NCBI GenBank assembly: GCA_038087875.1
Contig: JAXLNO010000660.1
Coordinates: 1-44,141 of the forward strand
Length of the DNA: 44,141 bases
Direction of reading: 5' to 3'
Source of the DNA: Malacoraja senta
Taxonomy: Eukaryota
The position numbers were made by a program, and so were the translations under genes. Of this stretch, positions 1-10,990 are shown piece after piece. The notes under the pieces are model-generated. The model saw only the letters and a list, made by a program, of their open reading frames with translations. It made no database searches and had not been told where the DNA came from. How positions within the stretch are numbered: position 1 is the first letter of the stretch; every line of letters begins with the position of its first letter.

Positions 1-50
1 AGCTGCTATATTTGTGCCTATTGTTCAGTTCTGAACACTTAATGGCCGTC

Positions 51-3008
51 TTAAAAAGCAACAAGGTCGTATATATTTGTAATGGAGAGCGACGACTATA
101 ATGAAAATAACAAACCAATATCACAAAAGCCACTGAATTCCTGTTAGGAACCTGTTCTTGAACTCGAGATGGAGAACTTGAAGAATTGTATCTCTGGCAC
201 TTTACTATATCTGAATTATCTCCGCTTCTCTGAGAACCAATCAACCTGGACAGAAATGTCTCATCTTTCTCGCTCTAACACGTGCCGTGTCTGAGAGGCG
301 GCCCCATGGAATGGCAGTGCTGGTGACATTTTCTCACCCATAGATGATTTTTGCTAAAGATAGACACAAAATGCTGGAGTAACAGCGGGTCAGGCAGCAT
401 CTCTGGAGAACACGGATAGGTGACATAACAGGAAGGAACTGCGGATGCTGATTTACACCAAAGATAGACTTAAAATGTTGGAATAAAACCCCTGTCTCAC
501 GGTGCGAGTCGACCCACGAGTGACCCCAAGTTTAAAACAAATTAAACTCGTGGTAATCACGTACGATTAACGTAGCGGGAACGTCGGAACTCGTGGACGC
601 AACTTAGCGACTCGTGACGCTAACGGCAGGTACCCATGAAACTTGTTAACTTGAAAAATTTTAAACATGTTTAAAGTTTTCCACGGGTCAAATTTACTGT
701 TGAAGTTAAAAATTGAAACATTTAAACTCGTTGTAAGAACTTGGTGGCCCGTGAGTTTACCTTAGTGACTCTTGAGTCTACCGTGTTAACTCGTGGGCAC
801 TCTGAACTCGGCAGCTGGACAGAGAACAGTGACCTGGGAGATTAGTTCCGTTATCCCTCTGATGTTGATTCTTATCTGTATGTTTATGTTGTTTTTTGCC
901 TGTTTGAGCATGTTTTAGTTTATTTTGGATACTCCCACTTTTTCTAATAGCTTAAAGTGTTGAAAAGCTTTTTACTGATCCGTTTGACTCTCACTGTTTG
1001 TTTACTTCATTGCACAATAAAAGAGAGTTCTTTGTTATCAAGATCAAATTGATGTCTGGAAGTCTTCATTTTAATATCACTACAAAGTCTCATGACTTGA
1101 ATGTAATATTCTTTCATCATAGAACACAAAATTGAGGATGTGGCACAATATATTCACATCTTGATTCTCACAATCATTTGTGAGAGTTAAGGACTCAGGT
1201 GCCTCATATGCTGTGCTTTTTAAATGTTAAAAATTGTCCCCTCTCAGTAGATCAGAAAATAAGACAAACAGCACGGTGAATGTGAAACAAAGTCTTTATT
1301 CATCTTGTTCAATATAAAAAACGCTTTTTTGCACATATTGAGAAAAGGAGCACCACAGCAAACAACACAGTGGTCTTAAAAAGGGCTTCTCAAACATGCA
1401 AATCCACAAATGAAGCACAAATAAGTATTTCCAGTATATACTCTCATTCAGCTGAGAAATGCAGCACAAGCCTAAATTCAGGCAATAAAAGAGACAATGC
1501 AAAGCACTCAATGGCAAGTTTTGACATCTACCATCAGATAAGCAGATGCATGATAACCACTTTTTAAAGAAAAGACAGATGCAATGAAATTACTTACACT
1601 AAAATGAAAAAATAAATCCACACTTAAAGTTAAATAAAACAGTCATTTTTACCATGTGATGATTTTTCAACACATCGGTAGACGTTGTTGGCTCAAGAGT
1701 AACTTGGGAGAGGAACTTGGTAACTCGGGAGACGAACTTGGAACATCGCAGAAATGACAAATAAACGGCAAACTTAGTCATACCCGTGGGAACTCGGTTA
1801 AACTCTTGATCAGAAACTTGGAATCTCGTACACAACCACGAGTCTTTCACTCGGGGTCACTCGTGGGTCAACTCGCACCGTGAGACAGGGCCATAACTCA
1901 TTGGGTCAGGCAGCATCTCTGGAGAAAAGGAATAGGTGATGTTTCAGGTCGAGACCCCTGATTTATGCTATACGATTTTACCGGGTTGTATGCAGAACAA
2001 AGCATTTCACTGTACCTAGATATATGTGACAATAAAGTATCATTAATTTCATAATGTGTGGTGTGTCCAAGAAGCAGAGTTGTTCATCATATCAGTGCAC
2101 TTCATAACTGCAATTGCGCAGCGGGGAGCATAATATTTTAAAAGACGCCTCTGTACTTGTTGCGTGACAGGATCAGAGCTGGTGAACTGGTAAAATAGTG
2201 AAAATTAATTATTTCGCCCACTTGAGATCGGCTTTTGAAACCTGCAAATTGTTCTTGCCCTTTGGCCCAGCCAATTGCAATCCCACTCCTTTATGGGTGG
2301 GAATGCAGCTGGTAGATTTGAAGTTAGGTCCAGCAGTTAAATAAAACCAGCCCATGCGTTCTGTGCAGTGGCCGAGGTTCTAAGTCACTCTGCTAAATAC
2401 AAAGTGACATAATAAGAATGAACAGCAGATGCTGATTCACACCAAAGATGGACACAAAATGCTGGAGTAACTCAGCGGGTCAGTCAGCATCTCTAGAGAA
2501 AATGGATAGTAATGTTTCGGGTCGGGACCCTTCTTCAGACTTTTTAAAAAAGCAACAAGGTCGTATATATTTGTAATGGAGAGCGATGACTGCAATGAAA
2601 ATAATTTAAACCACTATCACATAAGCAACTGAATTCCTATTAGGAACCTGTTCTTGCACTTGAGATGGAGAACATGAAAAATTGTATCTCTGGCACTTTA
2701 CTATATCTGAATTATCTTCCCTTCTCAATTTGTTGCTCTCTCTAAGAACCAATCAACCTGGGCAGAAATGTCTCATCTTTCTCGCTCGTAAAAATGATGC
2801 GTTTGAGAGGTGGCCACATGGAACGGCATTGCCAGATGACATTTCACAATGTGTGGCGTGTTTATGGAGCAAAGCTTAGGGAACACATGATACCCACAGA
2901 GTCATTCATCATATCAGTGCACTTCATAACTGCAATTGCACAGAGCGGAGTATAATATTTTAAAAGACTCCTTTGTACTTACTGTAAACCAACCTGCGTG
3001 ACAGGATC
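51..3008 (+). repeat. Old local duplication: copy A 51-333 plus 2053-2174 (split by later insertions); copy B 2544-3008
   Basis: AAAGCAACAAGGTCGTATATATTTGTAATGGAGAGCGA..., TTGTATCTCTGGCACTTTACTATATCTGAATTATCT and TTCATCATATCAGTGCACTTCATAACTGCAATTGC each occur twice in the same order. Confidence 0.85.
487..1893. mobile_element. Non-autonomous PIF/Harbinger DNA transposon (MITE-like, 1.4 kb)
   Basis: ~40-bp TIRs: CCCTGTCTCACGGTGCGAGTCGACCCACGAGTGACCCC (490-527) and GGGGTCACTCGTGGGTCAACTCGCACCGTGAGACAGGG (1853-1890). TAA on both sides (484-486, 1894-1896). Removing it restores the host repeat GGA[G/A]TAACTCA...GGGTCAGGCAGCATCTCTGGAG. The interior is AT-rich with no transposase ORF. Confidence 0.85.
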
Positions 3009-3934
3009 CACCGAAGAAGGGTCCTGATCCAAAACGTCACCTACCCATTTTCTTCGATGCTGCCTGATCCACTGAGTTACTCCAGTATTTTGTCTATTTA
3101 TGGATAGGTGACGTTTTGGGTCAGGACTCTTCTCCAGACTGATTGTAGATGGGGAGAAAGCTGGAAAGGAGGTGGGGGGTGGGGGTGAGGATATTTCACT
3201 CCTCTTCTCTCCTTATATGCCTTTTGTCTCTGTTTTTATCTCCAGCCTTTGTCAACCATGTGTCAATCTAATTCCTGTATCCACCAAGCACTCTTCCAGG
3301 TTTTGTATCGCCCCACCTCTTTTCCAGTTTTCTCCCCCTTATGACAATCAGTTTGAAGAAATGTCCCGATCAGGAATGTCACCCATCCAGAGATGCTGCT
3401 TGACCTGCTGTTACACCAGAACCTTGGGCTTTGCTCAAGGTTCTATCATCCCGCAGTTCCTTATTTTCTCCCTACTAACTCTCTCCCCAGTTTAACTGAT
3501 CAAAATTGGCATTCCTTTAAAATCAGATTCAGTGTTTATTTCACATACGTAAACTTGAATATCAACTCAATTTTACATACAAGCTAGTTTCCATAAGCTG
3601 TGAGCTCAACTGTATGGGCTTTTTTTGCAGAAATATTGTAGTCAGAAATAAAGAATAGGGGTGTAGAAAGAAGTTATGGGGGCAGTTCATCTAAGCCTAT
3701 TTGTTGAGGCTAAGAGGAACTTTTGATTCACCAGAATGCTGCCTAGAATTTATCATAACGCAGCCTGGAATCGAGGGTATTGGGTATTTTTTAGGCAGAG
3801 GGTATGGGGAAAAGGCATGAGAATGGGGCAGAGAGGGAAAAATAGATCAACCATGATTGAAATACGGAGCAGATTCAATACGCTGAATGGCCTAATTCTG
3901 CTCCAATGTATTATGGTCTTATGGTATTAGGTAT

Positions 3935-4350
3935 AAGAAGATGCTGGTCAAACTTGGATTGTTTTCTTTGGAATATCAGAGGTTGAGGGGAGACCTGAAA
4001 GAAGATAATAACATGATGAGATGCATAGATAGGGTAAACAGTCAGAACATTTTGCCCAGGATGGAAATGTCAAGGTCTAGAGGACATAGCTTTAAGGTTA
4101 GAGGGGCAAAGTTTAAAGGAGATTGACGGGGCACGTTTTTTTACACAGAGAGTGATTGGTGCCTGCAACGCGCTGCCAGGGGTGGCGGTGGAGGGAGATA
4201 CGATAGTGGCTTTTGGATAGGCATGTGGAAAGGCAGGGAATGGAGGAATATGGATCACGTGCAGGGTGAGGAGATTAGTTTAATTTGGCAGTATGTTGGG
4301 TTGGACATTGAGGCTGAAGGACCTGTTCCTGTGCTGTACTATTCTATAGT
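3935..4350 (+). mobile_element. CR1-clade (HER1-like) LINE 3' fragment
   Basis: Degenerate ORF2 C-terminus LGLFSLEYQRLRGDL...SRGHSFKVRG..., followed by the GGCTGAAGGACCTGTTCCTGTGCTGTAC tail. Related 3' UTR pieces lie at ~3800-3930 and ~4580-4710. Confidence 0.75.
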
Positions 4351-5043
4351 TTGTGTATACTGTTTCTTCCTCTTAGCACAGAAGGAAAGCAAATGATAAA
4401 TGTACCATAACAGTATATTGTCTTTTATTTCCTGTTTGGATAACCAGGTCAAAGTTGCCACTGGGTCCCAATAACTTGAGTACAATCCAGCATTCATTCA
4501 TGCAAATAGCTTTATTCCAACTTTGGGGGGGGGGGGGGGGGAAGTATGCTGGAAGAAAGTCCAAAAGAGTGGCAAGTGTGAGAGGCTATGGGGAGAAGGC
4601 ATGAGAATGGGGTTATGAGGGGGAGATAGATCAGCCATGATTGAATGGCAGAGTAGTCTTGATGGGCTGAATGGCCTGATTCTGCTCCTATCACTTATGA
4701 TCTTATGAACTGCCATCAAAATGATCAAATTAAACTGGACATAATTAAGTCTTGGGCATGTACACTTATATTCCTGGAACGTAGAGACCTCATGCAGGGC
4801 ACAATTTCACTCTGGGGTGTGATTGAGGCGTAGGGAGATCACTGAGCAAGGTCATGTTCCTGATACATTTCTCATTTCACTACAGCATATGCATCACACG
4901 CTGGAGTAAGATTTAATTATAACAGTCAGACAGGCATTAAATTTGATATTGTTCCAATTATAAAAAATTGAACAGTCTTGCATTTCCACTTCAAACTCTG
5001 CGACATCCTATTTTTGTAAAAGAATAACTAAATACTAATGATT

Positions 5044-5474
5044 CCACTCAGTTCGCAATAACCAACCTGATCTCCCAGTGGCTCAGCACTTCAACTCCCC
5101 CTCCCATTCCGAATCTGACCTTTCTGTCCTGGGCCTCTGCCATTACCAGAGTGAGCCCAGCGCAAATTGGAGGAACAGCACCTCATATTTCGCCTGGGTA
5201 GTTTACACCCTAGCGATATGAACATTGACTTCTCCAATTACAAGTAGTCCTTGCTTTCTCCCTCCTTCCCCTCCCCCTTCCCTGCTCTCCCACAGCCTAC
5301 TGTCGCCGCCTCTTCCTTTCTTTTTCCCGCCACCCCCCGACATCAGTCTGAAGAAGGGTCTCGACCCATAACGTCGCCTATTCCTTCTCTCCATAGATGC
5401 TGCCTCACCTGCTGAGTTTCTCCAGCATTTTGTCTACCTTCGATTTTTCCAGCATCTGCAGTTCTTTCTTAAAC
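5044..5474 (+). mobile_element. Penelope-like retroelement 3' fragment (GIY-YIG endonuclease C-terminus plus terminal repeat)
   Basis: 5051-5247 translates, with one frameshift, to VRNNQPDLPVAQHFNSPSHSESDLSVLGLCHYQSE/QRKLEEQHLIFRLGSLHPSDMNIDFSNYK*, typical of the PLE GIY-YIG C-terminus. A pyrimidine tract and a mutated hammerhead motif (5348-5375) follow. The flanking direct repeat ACTAATGATT (5034-5043, 5475-5484) is a likely TSD. Confidence 0.8.
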
Positions 5475-5555
5475 ACTAATGATTAATTGTTTCTATCCTT
5501 TGTGCTGCTTGTGACACCTTAAGTATTTTATATGACCTCATTTACACATCGTGTG

Positions 5556-5768
5556 AAGGAAGAAACTGCCGTTGCTGGTTTAAACCAAAGATAGACACAA
5601 AAAGCTGGAGTAACTCAGTGGGTCAGACCGCATCTTTGTAGAAAAGGAATAGGTAAAGTGTCGGGTGAAGAATGTCTGAAGAAGGGTCTCGACCCGAAAC
5701 GTCACCTATTCCTTTTCTCCAGAGATGCTGCCTGACCCGTTGTGTTACTCCAGCTTTTTATGTCTATC
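5556..5768. repeat. Foldback (inverted) copy of the Penelope-derived terminal repeat
   Basis: The arm GATAGACACAAAAAGCTGGAGTAACTCAGTGGGTCAG...AAAAGGAATAGGT is the reverse complement, with mismatches, of ACCTATTCCTTTTCTCCAGAGATGCTGCCTGACCCG...TTACTCCAGCTTTTTATGTCTATC. Confidence 0.8.
5676..5703 (+). ncRNA. Minimal hammerhead ribozyme motif (PLE type), core intact
   Basis: CTGAAGA-A-GGGTC TC GACCC-GAAA-C-GTC gives the CUGANGA core, a 5-bp stem II, GAAA and a GUC cleavage triplet, with a palindromic ACGU in place of stem III. Stem I is short (GU/AC). Activity is untested. Confidence 0.6.
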
Positions 5769-6002
5769 CTCTCTCATTTACACATCCATGCTTCACGTTA
5801 ACAGGATTATAAACATACACTGCTTGCATAAGCCTTCGGCTTACTTGTACAAATCGCAGTAAGGCCCATGGGGAAGGATTAAGAGTCAAGAGTCAAGAGA
5901 GTTTTATTATCGTACGTCCCAAAATGGGACAATGAAATCCTTACTTGCAGCAGCACAACAGGTATGTAAACAAAGCTCAGTGTATGTATATAAAAAAATA
6001 CA

Positions 6003-6230
6003 CTAGCATTCTCTTACACACTAGGGACAATTTACAATTTTCCCAAAGCCAATTAACCTGCAAACCTGTTTGTCTTTGCAGTGTGGGAGGAAACCAGAAC
6101 AGCCGGAGAAAACCCACATGGCACAGGGAGAATGTACAAACTCCGTACAAACAGCACCTGTAGTCAGGATTGAACTCAGGTTTCTGGCGCTGTAAGACAG
6201 CAGCTCTACCGTTGCGCCACTGTGCCACCC
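6003..6230 (-). mobile_element. tRNA-derived V-SINE (HE1-like)
   Basis: The reverse strand reads GGTGGCACAGTGGCGCAACGGTAGAGCTGCTG...GAGTTCAATCCTGACT (A/B boxes), then the V-domain GGAGTTTGTACATTCTCCC...GGTTTTCCTCCCACAC. Confidence 0.8.
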
Positions 6231-6569
6231 AAACGTGAAGTAGTAAACACAATTTCAAATGATTAGCATAGCAGATTTTGGTATGCACTATTTCACGGTC
6301 TGTTCCCCAGGGTGTTGATTTCAAGATCGGGGACAAAGTCATGTGCAATATAATGATTTTGGAAAATGTTTTAAAAACAGGGAATAATTACGACAGTGCC
6401 TTTAAGGATGGGGGAAGTAGAGTCGATAAGATGAATGTATAAACACTTGAGGAGAATGATTAGTAGGCCTATAGGGAAAGAGTAGGCAGATGGAACAATA
6501 GATTATTCTGCAAGGAACATGAATTCACAGCATTGAGGGCATCTAAACATGCCAACATATTTTCTTAGC

Positions 6570-7610
6570 TGTGGTGCAGTGGCAGTTGCTGCTTTACCGT
6601 GCCAGAGACCCAGGTTCAATCCTGACTACGGATGCTGTCTGTACGGTGTCCACGGTGACCACGTGGGTTTTCTCTGGGTGCTCCGGTTTCCTCCCACAAC
6701 CCAAAGACGTCCAGGTTTGTAGGTTAATTGGTTTTGGTAGAAATTGTAAATTGTAAACCGGGTGGCGCCATCAGCGATGGCAGCCTCGCCAACGGTCTGT
6801 CTGTCTTTTCGTCCGACTATTTTTAATTTGTTTTAAAAGTTTGTGTTAATGTTCTCTGGTTTATTTTATGTGGGGGGTGGGGGAGGGGATCGGGGGAAAC
6901 TTTTTTTCAATCTCTTACCTTACCGGAGATGCGATTGTTTTCCGGATCGTATCTCCGGTCACTCTGCAGCCTAACATCATGGAACTGGCGGCCTTGCTCG
7001 AGACTGACTTTGAGCCCCACCACGGGCTGTGGAATTATCATCGGAGCCTGGGTTCCCCTGCCTGGGATCGACGCTCCAACAGCGGCCTGCGGATTTCACC
7101 ATCGAGGAGCTCGCAGTCTCGGGTAGAGACCGATGTCGGGAAGCTCCAAAATCTCAAGAGGTTCGACTAATCCCGACCCGGGGTCTGATCGCCTGGAGCG
7201 GGGAGCTGAGATCCGCTGATGCGGGAGCTTGATCACCCCAATGCGGAGGGCCCAACCGCCGGCTACGGGAGCCAAGATCGTCCCATCAACGGAAGGCTCG
7301 AGCCCCCCGACCACGGGAGAACAAAGAAGGGAAGAGATTGAACTTTTTTTTCACCTTCCATCACAGTGAGGAATGTGGAGGAGTCCCTGTGGTGGATGTT
7401 TATGTTAAAATGTATTTTGTATGTTTTGTTGCTTTTTATTGGTATGACTGTATGGCAAGTCAAATTTTTTGTAGCTTGCAAAACATACTTGGCTAATAAA
7501 GTATGATTATGATTATGATTATGATGGTGCTAGTGTACGGGAATTGCTGGTCAGTGTGGACTCGGCGGGCCGAAGGGCCTTTTTCTGTGTTGTATCTCTA
7601 AACTAAACTA
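6570..7610 (+). mobile_element. V-SINE (HE1-like) interrupted by an insertion at 6758-7524
   Basis: Head and V-domain at 6570-6755. The tail GTGCTAGTGTACGGG...GGGCCGAAGGGCCT...GTATCTCTAAACTAAACT resumes at ~7525. Confidence 0.8.
6758..7524 (+). mobile_element. GC/CpG-rich non-autonomous retroelement with an AATAAA-(GATTAT)n tail
   Basis: Interrupts the SINE. It has a CpG-rich body with short repeats ([C/G]GGGAGC..GATC), a hairpin at 7357-7396, and the 3' end CTTGGCTAATAAAGTAT(GATTAT)3. No credible ORF. Confidence 0.6.
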
Positions 7611-7885
7611 TACTTAATTCCATGATTTTTTTAGTGTACTTACAGGAATTTAATGAAGAATAGTAAGATTAAACGAGAACTTACCAGTTTGAAGTTTGAT
7701 CTTTATTTTATGAGGAGTTACGTGAGTGATTACGTGGAACCCCGTCAGGGCGCATGCGCGTCAATCTTCAAAGCAGCGGTATGAAATCACAGACAACACC
7801 ATAATTGAAGTAACATATTAAGATGATCAACATGAGAACTACCATTATGACCTTTTTTCTATGAGAGAGGGTTGGGCGTGGCGGG

Positions 7886-7997
7886 CACGTAATCACCAAC
7901 GTAACTCCTCATAAAATAAAGATCAAACTTCAAACTGGTAAGTTCTCGTTTAATCTTACTATTTTACTTCGGAGTCACGTGAGTGACTACGTGAAGA
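7886..7997. promoter_or_regulatory. DIRS-A internal complementary region (ICR)
   Basis: 7886-7963 is the reverse complement of the left end 7659-7736, and 7961-7997 is the reverse complement of the right end 13171-13207. The two halves overlap on ATT/AAT. Confidence 0.9.
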
Positions 7998-8208
7998 TTT
8001 TAAAGCTCTGTGATTTTTATGCCGCAGATCAAAATCCCGGCTTCTCACTGCATCGATTGACTCTGAGTATCATCAATAATGCTGTAAACATGACATTGCA
8101 TATCATGCAAAAACAAAACAGTTTTATTTTTGGTCATAAAACAACCAATAAACCCTCTTAATGTAGGGCAACAAACGAAACAGAATGAAACAGTATTGAA
8201 AACAGACT

Positions 8209-9190
8209 TTAAACAATAGCAACAGCGCTCAATATTGAGTTGGCAAACAGCCCTCCATCGGCAATCGGCCGATGGTAGTATTGCTGAAACACAAGTTCAT
8301 TTTTCCAACCTGCGGCTTTTAATATATGGTCAATGGGAACGTCCATCGCCCTGGCCGCGGATGTTGCTACTGCGCTAGTGGAATGAGATGTAAACACATA
8401 AATGTTAATTCCTGCCTGAACCAACTCTTGCTTTAACCACCTTGAGATAGTCTGAACTGCCACTCTTTTATGTTGGCTTTTTGTAACTGACAAATAATCC
8501 TGTTTCTTCTTGTTTTAAAGCCCTTGTGGCTTCAATGTAATGTAACAAATGTGTCCTTACACATAAACATGGAGCTGTAGGATATGCTGAGAACACAATC
8601 TTAAAACCTGTCACACCTGGCCTGCTTTGTTTGAGCAGGTCAGAAATATAAAACAGAACATTCTCGGTATTCACTTCCATTCTCTCGAACTTGAAGTTTT
8701 TGGAAAGTCTGCACTCTCTGTACTGACACCAATGCCATTAGCATAGCCAATTTCATGGTTAATTTTAACAAAGTTATAGACGTGACAGGGACCCAATGAC
8801 GAAGTATGTTACGAACAACACTTACCTCGCAGATTACCATATACCTAGGCTTAGGCGGTTTGGAATTAAAGATTCCTTTCATCAACCTAGATATGAGAGG
8901 GTGAGAACCTATACTTTATGTCCGTGTACCTATTACAAGATATGCCAACCAAGCACTTCTAGCTGTATTGATAGCAGTATAGTTAAGACCCTCATCATAA
9001 TAAAGTGTAGATAAACTCTAACACATTTTCAATAACTACAGTATCATATTGAATATTCTTTTGAACACAATATTGTTCCCATTTTTTTTTTTTTTTTTCA
9101 TAAGTCATATACTGTTTTTGAGTACTGTTTCTCCAGGCTGCAGTGAGTATATCCACCGTTGGCCTAGAAAGTCCTCAACCAATGTAAGGC
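8209..9190 (-). pseudogene. DIRS-A tyrosine recombinase remnant
   Basis: Frameshifted pieces: KLAMLMALVSVQRVQ, LLKQSRPG, TISRWLKQ, SHSTS (HxxR box with R changed to S), ILKAAGW, FQQYYHRP. Confidence 0.85.
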
Positions 9191-9299
9191 ATTCTTAAAA
9201 CCTGCAAATTAACAGATCCATACCATCACATAACGGATGAACTTAATGCGTTACTGGATGCTCCAGCAAATTCCTACTGTTTGGAATCAGCAAAAAGAG

Positions 9300-10898
9300 G
9301 TTGGATCGCTATCTGTAACATCAAAGGGAACCATGGTTGAATCAGGCAATTTGGTATCACCAAAACCCCTGAAGCGGCATCCTGCTTGATTTTCTCAAAC
9401 ACCGACCTATGAGGCAGAATGGTGGGAAAATGTACAGAACCATATCATCGCAATTTAGTGAAAAAGCATCAATTGCCACTGCCCCTGGATCTGGTGCCTA
9501 TGAAACATATTTTGGCCTTCCATAGAGAAGTACTATGTTCTTGAACACATCCTGGTTCCACATCCACTCTGTGTTATGATGGAATTTTCGTGAGCTGCCA
9601 TCTGGTACTACATTAAGTTTCTCTGGCAGATAGATAGCTCCAATCCAAATCTCTCTATCCCTACTCCAGGTCCAATTGTATTTGCCAACCTGTCACATGA
9701 TAACGATTTGATTCCACCCATGTGATTCATATCAGCAACTGCTGTAGTGTTGTCTATTTTGCACTGCACATGCAAACTAGTTTAGTTAGTGCCATAAGCC
9801 TTGAGTCCATAAAATACTCTTGGTTAATTCCCCATGTTTGCAGAAGCAATGTCCATCTGTCTCCACCGCTGGATCTTGTATCAGTAGCACCCTACCCAAG
9901 TGCTCTGACATCTGTCTGCAAATCATGGACGCTTGGTCCAATAACACTTTGGAACTACTAGTGGACACATGCTGAATCCACCATTGTACATCAGCAACAG
10001 CCTCTATTGATAGAAGCAAAGGTCTATTATAATGACCCCAATGTATCCTCAATGCTTGTTCCTTTGACCTTTGTAATTGTAGATAATAAAGTGGCCATAT
10101 TGAACTGCTGGAAATGCTGCCAGCCATTACCACAGCAGACTTGTCACCTGGCTAATTGAAGGCTGTGTGTCAGCAATTAACTTGATATAGCTCTTAATTA
10201 GCTCTACCCTTTTTTGCCTGGTCAAGGTCACAATGATGTTAATTAAGTCCAGTCAATTTGTGTCACAGGTATAAATTTAGATTTCTCTGGATAGCTTATA
10301 AAGCCCAATTAAAAATTGGTTTTTACCAACTGCCACTGATGCTTCAGCTGTTTCCTTTGATTGTCCTACAATCAAGATATTATCTAGCTAAGCCATGAGC
10401 ACATGACCTTGACTTCTCATCATGCCTAGAATAGGTTTTAACAACTTTGTAATCCCTCTAGGAGCTAGAGAAACCATTAGGCAGTGGATTGTATTGGCAT
10501 AATTGCCCCATCCAGCTGAATTTTAAATCTTCTATCATGCAAATGAACAGACACTGAATCCGCATCTTTAAGATCTCCTTCACAAACGTTTCCATCTTAA
10601 AATGTCTATACCATACAAAAGGGTTAAGACTATTCAGGTCCGTATAATTCTGCATCCCCCCATCCTTTTTTGGTCTGGGAAAGATATTGGACACAAACTG
10701 ATGGCTTTGGTAAACTGCCTTAGCAATTACACCTTTATTACATAAGCTTGCAAGTTCCAGCTGAACTTCCAATTGTTCAGTGATACTGAAGTCAAACTCC
10801 TTTTTTGGAACATGTTGCATGGGTAAATCAGAATTTGCATTAAGCTTTATTCGATGCCCTTGAATAACCTTCAGTATAAACATATCTGAGGTAAACAT
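9300..10898 (-). pseudogene. DIRS-A RT / RNase H / adenine-methyltransferase-like remnant
   Basis: FVSNIFPRPKKDGG, HFKMETF and LPNG motifs are present. The YxDD box is mutated (A*LDNIL at ~10375-10395). MTase-like AIDAFSLN...YIFPPFCLIGR lies at ~9403-9490. Many stops and frameshifts. Confidence 0.85.
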
Positions 10899-10990
10899 TT
10901 AATTGTATCACATTACATATGTCTACATGAGAACCAGACCCTCTTACCTCCTTACCACCTGGCATTCTTCCCGGCCTTGAGCTGGATATC

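Noticed and set aside
7659..7963. 77-bp inverted repeat resembling a MITE or pre-miRNA (also 19417-19717)
   Set aside because: Fully explained as the DIRS terminus paired with its ICR.
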